Positions 26,837 to 34,751 of a stretch of 64,000 bases of DNA are shown here, piece after piece. The DNA lies in the NCBI GenBank assembly GCA_021803425.1, contig JAJZLN010000007.1, positions 7,583 through 71,582 on the forward strand, read 5' to 3'. The stretch is from Candidatus Micrarchaeota archaeon. GTDB lineage: Archaea > Micrarchaeota > Micrarchaeia > Micrarchaeales > CABMGC01. The notes beneath the pieces were generated by a model. The model was given only the letters and a program-made list of their open reading frames with translations. It had not been told where the DNA came from and made no database searches. The translations under genes were made by a program, and so were the position numbers. Numbering within the stretch: the stretch's first letter is position 1; the number at the start of each line of letters is the position of its first letter.

Positions 26837-27771
26837 AGCTTTCAAATCTCATCGAAGGTTTAAGGATCTTACTTACGCCTCTGGACACACTAAACTGGCT
26901 AAGGGTAGAAAAGCAAGCAAGGATAAAAGAGAACGAATGGGCGTTCCTGCTGAATGTACATATAGGTGAGGCATATTATATATGCGGTCTAATAGAAGCA
27001 TTCAGAAAGGAGCACAATAACGATCCTGTAGTCATAGTAATACCAAAAAGGTACCTTGCGATAACAAAGCTATTTCCAAGGATATCTCGGGTGGTAGTTG
27101 CAGGCAAGCTTCCAATACCATTTACATACGGTTTTGTAAGCCTGAGAAAGCCCAGAAAGGGCATACTTCTATTGCCGCTTGGGCCTATGTTGTACAACTA
27201 CAAAGGCGTCAATTTTCTGGATTCATTCAAGATCGGGCTGCATCTTAAACCAACCGCAAAATTTTCAAAGCCATTGCAGCAGTCACATAAAAGTATATTA
27301 AAGGCAACGCGCATGCTCCTGTCATCTGGCCTAAAACCTGGCAGTACTATAATAATATTTCCAAATGCGCTTTCCACCATATCCCTTCCGAAGGAAAGCT
27401 GGGTAAGACTGGTCAAAGGGATAAAATCAAGGGGCTTTTCAGTGGCTACAAGCGTCACCGGCAATGAATCTGGAATTCCTGGTTCTGTGCCATTGCATTT
27501 TTCTTTAGATGAGGCCCATTCCATTGTACAGGCTGCAGGCTGGTTCGTAGCTATCCGTAGCGGAATATGCGACTTCTTATCCTCTGCCAACTGCAAGAAG
27601 ACGATACTTTATCCAAAATACAGCGATTATTACCATATCGGAGAATTCAATGAAAATATCAATAAATTCAGGATGATCAAAAATCTTTCCCTTCCAAACA
27701 CCAAAAACCTCCAAGAATACGAAGTAAATCCGGTGCTCAGCCCAAAGGAGATATCAAAAATACTATCATAA
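26833..27771 (+). CDS. GT-B glycosyltransferase-like protein, GT9 (heptosyltransferase)-like (tentative)
   Basis: 312 aa. The layout VVIVIPKRYLAITKLFPRISRVV ... STIIIFPNA...ESWVRLVKGIKSRGFSV...LSLDEAHSIVQAAGWFVAIRSGICDF resembles GT9 family topology. The TTG start overlaps the HAD stop. Confidence 0.35.
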   Translation: MKLSNLIEGLRILLTPLDTLNWLRVEKQARIKENEWAFLLNVHIGEAYYICGLIEAFRKEHNNDPVVIVIPKRYLAITKLFPRISRVVVAGKLPIPFTYGFVSLRKPRKGILLLPLGPMLYNYKGVNFLDSFKIGLHLKPTAKFSKPLQQSHKSILKATRMLLSSGLKPGSTIIIFPNALSTISLPKESWVRLVKGIKSRGFSVATSVTGNESGIPGSVPLHFSLDEAHSIVQAAGWFVAIRSGICDFLSSANCKKTILYPKYSDYYHIGEFNENINKFRMIKNLSLPNTKNLQEYEVNPVLSPKEISKILS

Positions 27772-28488
27772 TTATTTTAATTTTATTAGCTTTTCAGGAT
27801 CATAAAATAGATCAATGTTCTTCAGTATTTTATCTTCGCTCCAATCCCACCACTTAATTTTGTGCAGCTCCTTTCGCAGTTTTGCATCAAATCTATAGCG
27901 TATCAGCTTTGCCGGCGCACCGCCAACTATTGAATATGGCTCTACATCATGCGTCACAACCGATTTGGCGCCGATGACTGCGCCATCCCCTATCTTCACA
28001 TTGCCTATTATTGTGACATCATCTCCAATCCACACGTCATTACCTATGTCTACATGCCCATATTCTTCTACATGTCTTTTTCTGTATAATTCTATTCCGC
28101 GCCTGTCCAGGAACAGGCTGTTCATGTTGTTGGATACTGCATAAAGAGTGTGTGCCTTAGAGAGTATAATCTTAATATTGCTGTTTATGTGGGTATAGCT
28201 GCCTATCCTTATGCTATATTCGGCATTTTCTGCCGGCACCCAGCCCACACCTATTATCCCTGATGAATATGAATACTTTCCTATCTCTATTCTGCATCTT
28301 TTATCATAAGGATCTATACCAAGGCAAACTGAGGACTTTCTGAAAAGTTTCCTGTACTTGCGCTTAAGCAAGAAAGAGCGCAGCCCGCCAATAAATCCGA
28401 GCGTCCCTTCAAAGTCGTCACGCGCACTCCACAAAAACCTGTAAAGTTTAGGATGCTCATCCAGAATCCTATCAAATATGCGCTTCAT
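27772..28488 (-). CDS. Left-handed beta-helix (hexapeptide-repeat) acetyltransferase
   Basis: It carries the C-terminal hexapeptide repeats IGNDVWIGDDVTIIGNVKIGDGAVIGAKSVVTHDVEPYSIVGGAPAKLIRYRF. Confidence 0.8.
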   Translation of the reverse strand: MKRIFDRILDEHPKLYRFLWSARDDFEGTLGFIGGLRSFLLKRKYRKLFRKSSVCLGIDPYDKRCRIEIGKYSYSSGIIGVGWVPAENAEYSIRIGSYTHINSNIKIILSKAHTLYAVSNNMNSLFLDRRGIELYRKRHVEEYGHVDIGNDVWIGDDVTIIGNVKIGDGAVIGAKSVVTHDVEPYSIVGGAPAKLIRYRFDAKLRKELHKIKWWDWSEDKILKNIDLFYDPEKLIKLK

Positions 28489-28604
28489 AGTTCCACATAC
28501 GGTGTAATTTCATCTGCCAAGCTTATAACTACAAGGATGTATAAAAAAGCTTTTAAAACTGACTGAGCATATAATACTGCAATTTAAGATATCCCAGTGA
28601 TGTT

Positions 28605-29138
28605 ATGTCAAAACTCCGACCAGCAAGGTCCGTAAGGAACATACTCAGCCAGTCGTGGTCAAGGTATTCTGTTAGCAAGCCCAGGAAGAATTACGTGAAG
28701 TCCATGCCCCACACAAGCCTTCTCATATTCAACATGGGCAAGGACAAGCCCAATTACGACCTTCTGCTCACGCTCAATTCTGACCAGGCGGTCCAGCTGA
28801 GGTCGAATTCTCTGGAGGCTGCCAGGCAGGTCGCAAACAAGCATCTGGAAAATGAGCTCATAAACAACTACTATTTTACCGTGGTCACATATCCCCACAA
28901 TGTCATAAGGGAGAAGAAGAGGGCTACTGGGGCAGGTGCAGACCGACTATCGCAGGGAATGTCCCTTTCGTTCGGGAGCCCGTCGTCAACTGCTGCAAGG
29001 GTGAGGAAGGGGCAGCCAATCCTTCGACTGAAGACCTTAAGCGCATCAAAGGACGTTGCTCGTGCAGCTCTCAAGAGGGCAGCATCAAAATTATCTGGCA
29101 CTTACACAATAAGCATGTCGCAGATAAAGAACAACTGA
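28605..29138 (+). CDS. rpl10e: 50S ribosomal protein uL16 (L10e)
   Basis: The N-terminus LRPARSVRNILSQSWSRYSVSKPRKNYVKSMPHTSLLIFNMG is followed by GAGADRLSQGMSLSFG. Confidence 0.9.
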   Translation: MSKLRPARSVRNILSQSWSRYSVSKPRKNYVKSMPHTSLLIFNMGKDKPNYDLLLTLNSDQAVQLRSNSLEAARQVANKHLENELINNYYFTVVTYPHNVIREKKRATGAGADRLSQGMSLSFGSPSSTAARVRKGQPILRLKTLSASKDVARAALKRAASKLSGTYTISMSQIKNN

Positions 29139-29158
29139 GTTCTGATTTCTGCATAAAT

Positions 29159-29680
29159 CTACTGGCCGTTCCTGTGTTTCAGTATTTCGTCGATCATCAG
29201 CACAAGCCACGGGGCAAATTCTTCCGGATTCTTTTTTATCTGGATTTTCAGCTGGTCAAGCGTCATCCATTTCCAATCTACGACCTCATCTCCGTTTATG
29301 CGCGGTTCGCCTTCGTAGACGCCGAATATAATATGGTCGAATTCATTCTCTGTCAGCCCGCTCCCAACATCCGCCCTGTAAGTGAAACTGAAGACTTCGC
29401 GCATCTCGCAATCAAATCCCATCTCTTCCTTCAGCCTCCTATGCGCAGCGTCAAGCGGGTTTTCTCCATGCATCGGGTGGCTGCAGCATGTGTTTGCCCA
29501 TAGCCCCTTTGCATGATATTTCTTCATGGCTCTCTTCTGCAGCATCAGCTTGCCTTTTCCGTTGAATACAAAGACGGATATCGCCCTATGAAGCTTGCCT
29601 CCGTTCTGATGGGCCTTGAGCTTCTCCTCAGTGCCTATCTCATTGTCATTTTTGTCTACAAGCACAACTCTCTGCTCCAT
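29159..29680 (-). CDS. idi: Isopentenyl-diphosphate delta-isomerase, type 1 (Nudix fold)
   Basis: The sequence LHRAISVFVFNGKGKLMLQKRAMKKYHAKGLWANTCCSHP...AAHRRLKEEMG...ENEFDHIF parallels E. coli Idi. Confidence 0.85.
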   Translation of the reverse strand: MEQRVVLVDKNDNEIGTEEKLKAHQNGGKLHRAISVFVFNGKGKLMLQKRAMKKYHAKGLWANTCCSHPMHGENPLDAAHRRLKEEMGFDCEMREVFSFTYRADVGSGLTENEFDHIIFGVYEGEPRINGDEVVDWKWMTLDQLKIQIKKNPEEFAPWLVLMIDEILKHRNGQ

Positions 29681-29714
29681 AAAATCAACAAGCGTTATTT
29701 TGATTATTTCTCTG

Positions 29715-30998
29715 CTATTCCGACAGGAACTTGAACGGATCCCTGCCCTTGCTTGCCATATATGCGGCTATGTACATTCCTGCGCTCCACGACTGCCCAT
29801 CCTGTCCAAGAGGCTTTCCTGTCTGTCCGTGCAGCCATTCATTGAACCCGAGCTCGGAATCGTTTCTCCTGAGCGCATTTGCATTAGCAAGCCTCGCAAG
29901 CTCCCTCTCAAAATCCGGATCTCCAAGCTTCTTCAGAGCAAGCACATAGAAACCACCTACAAACGGCCATATGCCTCCGTTGTGGTAGCAGTATTCGTCG
30001 TTCCTCCAGTAATCCGGCTTTCCCTTCGTGTATTCCTTGTCAAAGAACGGATCGTCAGCATGGTAGTTCGGATACATCACCTTTATAGGGTACGGCATTG
30101 CAACCCTGTTTTCTTTTATATAAGAGATTATGCTCTTTGACATCTCAGGAGAGCTGAGACCGAACAGGACTGCCATTGAGTTTGAAAGAGAATCAAAATG
30201 CATGTCTACATAGTTCATAGTTATGAATTGCGGATGGTACAACAGCTTTCCTTTGGGCGGATTCGAAAAGAAGTCCCTGTCGAAATCATGCAAGTTCGGC
30301 CAGTCCCCCGACTTTACCTTCTCCTCGCTCGGTGCAAATATTGCATTGAATTTCTTTACAAGGCTGTCATAATCGAGCCTGTACTTGCTGTCAAGAGTCC
30401 TTCCAGACATTTTGCACAGGTTGTTTATGCACTTTGTAGAAAGTGCAAACAGTATATTATTGTACAGCACCTTGCCCTGTCTTTTTACAGAAGAGTCCAT
30501 CCAGTCAGAGCCAGGCATGCTGTCTATCAGCACCGCATTATTTGTATCCTGGTACCTGAGCCACTTATACGCATCAATTGCATGGTCAAGAGGCTTGCCG
30601 AACAGGCCTTTGTCCTGTGTCGTGCTGAACAGGTTCGCAAGCCCTATTATGTACCAGGAGCATGCGTCTACAGCCCCCGCATGGAAGAAACGCGGAACAT
30701 TCCTGTCAAGGTCAAAATTTACGGGTATCATGCCAAGAGGCGAAGCTGCCTTTCCCAGGGTGATCAGAGAGTTCTTTGCCGCTTCAAGAAGCACAGGATC
30801 CTCAAGCATGTTTGCCCCAAGGAAGGTTATGAACGAGTCCCTGCTCCATATCTGGTTGTATACTGTAGCAGCCGCTTTCAGCCCGCTCTCGCTTGAATTG
30901 GATTTGAGTATGCTTACTGCCTTTTCAAACATCTCCTCTTTGATGTTGGTGTTCATGGGAACCTCATTACTATCTTTGTGCTTTTTGCGCTTGAACAT
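29715..30998 (-). CDS. (alpha/alpha)6-barrel glycoside hydrolase, GH100 / amylo-alpha-1,6-glucosidase-like
   Basis: 427 aa with motifs IWSRDSF, DWMDSS, YHNGGIWPFVGGFY and QSWSAGMY. Confidence 0.65.
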   Translation of the reverse strand: MFKRKKHKDSNEVPMNTNIKEEMFEKAVSILKSNSSESGLKAAATVYNQIWSRDSFITFLGANMLEDPVLLEAAKNSLITLGKAASPLGMIPVNFDLDRNVPRFFHAGAVDACSWYIIGLANLFSTTQDKGLFGKPLDHAIDAYKWLRYQDTNNAVLIDSMPGSDWMDSSVKRQGKVLYNNILFALSTKCINNLCKMSGRTLDSKYRLDYDSLVKKFNAIFAPSEEKVKSGDWPNLHDFDRDFFSNPPKGKLLYHPQFITMNYVDMHFDSLSNSMAVLFGLSSPEMSKSIISYIKENRVAMPYPIKVMYPNYHADDPFFDKEYTKGKPDYWRNDEYCYHNGGIWPFVGGFYVLALKKLGDPDFERELARLANANALRRNDSELGFNEWLHGQTGKPLGQDGQSWSAGMYIAAYMASKGRDPFKFLSE

Positions 30999-31148
30999 TT
31001 ATGATCCCTAAATTGCTTATATATGCCACTTATTCAATATCCTCCATTCGTCTGTGTCTATATATACAAAATTAATGCACGGAAAGCATTATATATCTGG
31101 CACAGAAAATAAGCTTTTGACGTAAAATGCACTATATTAGCTGATGCG

Positions 31149-32072
31149 ATGAGAATACTTCTTCAATTTCCCGAAGGATTAAAGCAGGAAGCCCTGAAGC
31201 ATGCAAAGCTTCTTGAATCTGAGGGAAATGAGGTAATAATATCCGCAAGCCCCACCTTCGGCGCATGCGACCTTGCCATAGACGAGGCAAGAAACGTAAA
31301 GGCCGAAAAGATAGTGCACTTCGGCCATGCAGAATTCCACAAAGCAGACTTCAATGTTGAGTACGTGCCTTATTACATAAATGCAGACCTTAGCATACTG
31401 TCCAAGTCCATTCCATTGCTTTCCAAATACAAAAGGATAGGGCTGGTCACAACTATACAGCACATAAACCAGATAGACGATATAAAAAGGTTCTTCATCG
31501 AGAACGGGCACGAAGTCGTTATCGGCAAGCCTTACGGTTTTGCTAAAAAGTCGGGCCAGATTCTTGGGTGCGATGCAGGCAGTTCAGCAAGCACCGACAG
31601 GGAAGTGGATGCCCACGTATACTTTGGCGGCGGGATGTTCCATCCGCTCGGCGCCCTTCTTATGACAACAAAGCCGTTCCTTGTAATAGAGCCGTTCCAG
31701 GGCATGGTTGAGTTCATAGACAGGTACAGGGACATATACAAGAAGCGCAGCAGGGGAAAGATACTCTCATCGGCAAACGCAAGGAATTTCGGCATTCTGG
31801 TTACAACCAAGAATGGGCAGTCCAATATGGCTATGGCAAAGCTTCTCAAGTCAAGGATAGAGAGCAAGGGCCTCAATGCAGCAATACTTGTTGCAAATAC
31901 CTTTGACTTCAGTTCCTTGGACAATATGCTTGAGTTCGATGCGTTCGTGAATACTGCATGCCCAAGGATTGCAATAGATGATACGGATAGGCTGAGAAGG
32001 CCTCTTCTCAGTGCAAACGAGCTCAACGAAGTGCTCAGGATAAAAGAGGAATTGTCAAGATCAAGAGCCTAA
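31149..32072 (+). CDS. dph2: Diphthamide biosynthesis protein Dph2 (2-(3-amino-3-carboxypropyl)histidine synthase)
   Basis: The N-terminus is RILLQFPEGLKQEALKHAKLLESEGNEVIISASPTFGACD, and the sequence contains ACPRIAIDD. Confidence 0.88.
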   Translation: MRILLQFPEGLKQEALKHAKLLESEGNEVIISASPTFGACDLAIDEARNVKAEKIVHFGHAEFHKADFNVEYVPYYINADLSILSKSIPLLSKYKRIGLVTTIQHINQIDDIKRFFIENGHEVVIGKPYGFAKKSGQILGCDAGSSASTDREVDAHVYFGGGMFHPLGALLMTTKPFLVIEPFQGMVEFIDRYRDIYKKRSRGKILSSANARNFGILVTTKNGQSNMAMAKLLKSRIESKGLNAAILVANTFDFSSLDNMLEFDAFVNTACPRIAIDDTDRLRRPLLSANELNEVLRIKEELSRSRA

Positions 32073-32145
32073 GCTAACCTAGTCCTAAAAACATAAAAAG
32101 AAAAAAAAGGAAAAGAAGAAAGAAAGCAGTAATTATACTGCTTTC
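32073..32145 (-). terminator. Hairpin plus long T-rich tract downstream of the pilin gene (terminator-like)
   Basis: A perfect 10-bp stem gaaagcagta/tactgctttc (32122-32131 and 32136-32145) with loop atta spans the pilin stop codon. On the minus strand it is followed by TTTCTTCTTTTCCTTTTTTTTCTTTTTATGTTTTT. Confidence 0.55.
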
Positions 32146-32648
32146 AGAGTCACAGAAGCAAGCTTTGCCTGGTATTCAACTCCACTTCCTGTGGAATAGT
32201 ATACCCATAGCGCGCCTGCGTATGTGGATCCTGTTGTTGCTGCAGAAGTGAACTGCAAGTTTACTGCAGTTGTTGCTCCGCTGCTCAATCCGTTAGTGAT
32301 GGTGTTGCAGGTCACTCCGCTGCTTATTGTATTTACTCCTTCCATTCCAGTGCATCCCTGTGAATTAGCTGGACTTGTAGAGCCTTGAGGCACCCAGAGC
32401 ACGTTTGCAGATGCCCAATTAGTGCCAGTCGACTGCCCTATTGTAAATGTAAATCCAGTACTGTGCAATAATGGATTCTGGCACAGGAACCCTGACTGGG
32501 CTATGCATGAATTGCCCAATCCTACTCCTCCTGAGAATACTCCCAATGAGAACAATGCCACAAGCACGACCGCGATTATAAGTATGGCCCAGCCATACGT
32601 CATCAGATATTCCATTGCGCTTTGCAATCTGAAGTTTTTCATGTCCAA
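32133..32648 (-). CDS. Type IV pilin-like protein (class III signal), paralog 3
   Basis: The N-terminus is MDMKNFRLQSAMEYLMTYGWAILIIAVVLVALFSLGVF. The protein motif matches 3759 and 4520, but the codons differ at many synonymous sites. Confidence 0.8.
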   Translation of the reverse strand: MDMKNFRLQSAMEYLMTYGWAILIIAVVLVALFSLGVFSGGVGLGNSCIAQSGFLCQNPLLHSTGFTFTIGQSTGTNWASANVLWVPQGSTSPANSQGCTGMEGVNTISSGVTCNTITNGLSSGATTAVNLQFTSAATTGSTYAGALWVYYSTGSGVEYQAKLASVTLKAV

Positions 32649-32722
32649 TCACTCTACTAGCTTTACAGAGATTAGGTATTTAAATCTTGCCATCTCCATG
32701 CCGCTATACCGAGGAAGCCGAA

Positions 32723-33283
32723 TTACAAATGGAGCATCTCGTTCATCACGCTCTCCATTTGTATCCTTCCAGTATCCTGCTTCCTCCTGAAATCAGGAAG
32801 CACTGAATTCGCGAAGCGCATATGAAGCGTTGAATCGTATATGTCAGACATTATCTTATAATATATTCTTGCATCTTCCTTCTTGCCCCTCCTTATAGAT
32901 TCTATGGCCTCCCTTTTCAGCTCCCCTATGACATCCATAAGCCCGAGCAGGTACGGCACCTCGCTTTCGACGAGCGACTCCATGCTCGGTATCGTTTTCT
33001 TGCCAAGTATGCTGTAAAGCACAAGAGCTTCAACATACTCCTGATGCGCCTGCATTGAATAGAATTCAAACCCCTTTTCCTTGCTGCAAAGCCTCTCCTT
33101 TGCAGCTTTAAGCTCCTTTATCAGTACATCAGCTTTTTTAGGCCCATAGGCATGCATGCTTGATATCGCCTTGCCCGCAGCCTTTATCAAATCCTTCGAA
33201 AGCCGCATTACCTCATCTCTGTCAGACTCGAGTTTTTCTATCCTGTGCTCTATCTTTTCAAGGTCTGGTATCATAAACATCAT
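32723..33283 (-). CDS. Translin-family protein (archaeal translin-like nucleic-acid-binding protein)
   Basis: 186 aa, all-helical. PYLLGLMDVIGELKREAI and the C-terminal LPDFRRKQDTGRIQMESVMNEM parallel the translin YL.G...ASELSR and LRKRYD...KKVEEV regions. Confidence 0.65.
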   Translation of the reverse strand: MMFMIPDLEKIEHRIEKLESDRDEVMRLSKDLIKAAGKAISSMHAYGPKKADVLIKELKAAKERLCSKEKGFEFYSMQAHQEYVEALVLYSILGKKTIPSMESLVESEVPYLLGLMDVIGELKREAIESIRRGKKEDARIYYKIMSDIYDSTLHMRFANSVLPDFRRKQDTGRIQMESVMNEMLHL

Positions 33284-33290
33284 TCTATAT

Positions 33291-33322
33291 TCCTTCTGCC
33301 GAACTCATATATATACTGCTGC
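33291..33322. repeat. Direct repeat DR-1 flanking the AbiE cassette (relic copy of the ogg 3' end)
   Basis: tccttctgccgaactcatatatatactgctgc matches 34763-34794 at 31 of 32 positions. On the minus strand it still reads QQYIYEFGRRN. Its in-frame TGA overlaps the translin ATG. Confidence 0.85.
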
Positions 33323-33348
33323 TGGCGCTGCCTTCTATCAAAAACCGC

Positions 33349-34095
33349 CTAAAGCCCCCTGAATAGATTCAATACATCCTGGGAAATCTCTGCAAAGGTG
33401 TAATCATCATAGCCGTTCAAGAGCGGCTCAAGCTCAGACCACCTCCTCTCCAGATTCTTCACTCTACGCTCAAACAACTTGAAAGAGTATTTTTTTGGGA
33501 CTTTATTAGAAAATTTAATCCCACATTTCTCATATATGTCCTGTATGTTTATTGGAATATGTTTTACAGCAACAAGGAAATGAAGGTCATACAAATCGCG
33601 CGCCTTTTCTCTGGTCAACAGGGCAGATACCTTCTCTGCGACGATCTCCTGTGCATTCATCACCTTTATACTCATCAGAGAGTCTTTGTAGTTTATAACA
33701 AAATTATCAGGAGCATAAATTGTTGGTCCGATAGAACAGTCTATAATGAAATTTACAAGCTTCCTTGATTTTTCAGAAGATATCCTCAGATTATACCTGA
33801 CAAAGTTTTTTCTTAGTTCCCGCTCGCGGCTCCAATCATTGAATATCTGGTATTGCCCCCCATTCGAAAGTGCTTCTATGGCCTCATCTACATCTACAAG
33901 CACATCTGCGTTTTTGCAGTTAAAGTCCAGATCCTCAGAAAATCTGCCTGAGCCATAAAATAGGTCCAAAGCCGTGCCTCCCTTGAAAATCAGCTCAGCA
34001 TTCCTCCCGAACAGTTTGTACAAAAAGAAGACCTGAAGCTCCCTCTGCATCCTCTGTTCATCTGAAAACCATTTTTCGATGTATGTATCTTTCAT
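33349..34095 (-). CDS. abiEii: AbiEii/AbiGii-family nucleotidyltransferase toxin (type IV TA / abortive infection)
   Basis: Motifs FKGGTALDLFYGSGRFSEDLDF and EIVAEKVSALLTREKARDLYDL are present. Confidence 0.85.
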   Translation of the reverse strand: MKDTYIEKWFSDEQRMQRELQVFFLYKLFGRNAELIFKGGTALDLFYGSGRFSEDLDFNCKNADVLVDVDEAIEALSNGGQYQIFNDWSRERELRKNFVRYNLRISSEKSRKLVNFIIDCSIGPTIYAPDNFVINYKDSLMSIKVMNAQEIVAEKVSALLTREKARDLYDLHFLVAVKHIPINIQDIYEKCGIKFSNKVPKKYSFKLFERRVKNLERRWSELEPLLNGYDDYTFAEISQDVLNLFRGL

Positions 34096-34697
34096 AATCC
34101 TTCCTCCATAATGCCCTGCTTTGAAAAAGCGTCACGCAGTCTTTTCCGCGCCCTTTTGTTCTTCAGCATTTCAAAGTACTTCATAAATTTCTTCACGTCA
34201 AATATTTCCCGCTGCAGTGCGGTCTCCAATTCTTCAGTATAAAAAAGTGAGCCATGGTAATATGCATCATCTATGAATATCTTCTCTAAATCGGAGACAT
34301 ATGCCCTATTATACTCTCCATACCCGTAGAAGATGGATCTGCCCACTTTTATGAATTTTATCAAATAGTTTCCGGATATTTTCAAAGGCCTATGGTAGCT
34401 TAATGAGAACACATAAATTATATTCGGGATCTGCGCAGTTATATTATGGAACCTTGCCGCGCTTATCAAAGCTATATATGAATTCTTTGTTATGCGTGAT
34501 GCTATAACGTATGGACTTGTACTCGGAAGGGAATATTTGCCTCTCTCTATCTTCTCTATTTTCTTGCGCTTTACAAGGTAGTGCAGGTAAACCTTGACAT
34601 ATTTGGGATCCTTTCCGGTGAGGTTGGATATGTCCTCCGTAGTGAATACCGGCATGTCAAGCTCTACAAGTTTCCTTGCCATATCTGCAAACTGCAT
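34092..34697 (-). CDS. abiEi: AbiEi-family antitoxin / transcriptional regulator
   Basis: It has the N-terminal wHTH-like PVFTTEDISNLTGKDPKYVKVYLHYLVKRKKIEKIERGKYSL. It has a 4-nt overlap with abiEii. Confidence 0.75.
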   Translation of the reverse strand: MQFADMARKLVELDMPVFTTEDISNLTGKDPKYVKVYLHYLVKRKKIEKIERGKYSLPSTSPYVIASRITKNSYIALISAARFHNITAQIPNIIYVFSLSYHRPLKISGNYLIKFIKVGRSIFYGYGEYNRAYVSDLEKIFIDDAYYHGSLFYTEELETALQREIFDVKKFMKYFEMLKNKRARKRLRDAFSKQGIMEEGL

Positions 34698-34751
34698 ACT
34701 GATATTAACAAAGGTAATATATTTATAACCTTTGTATATAATTAAACAAAA

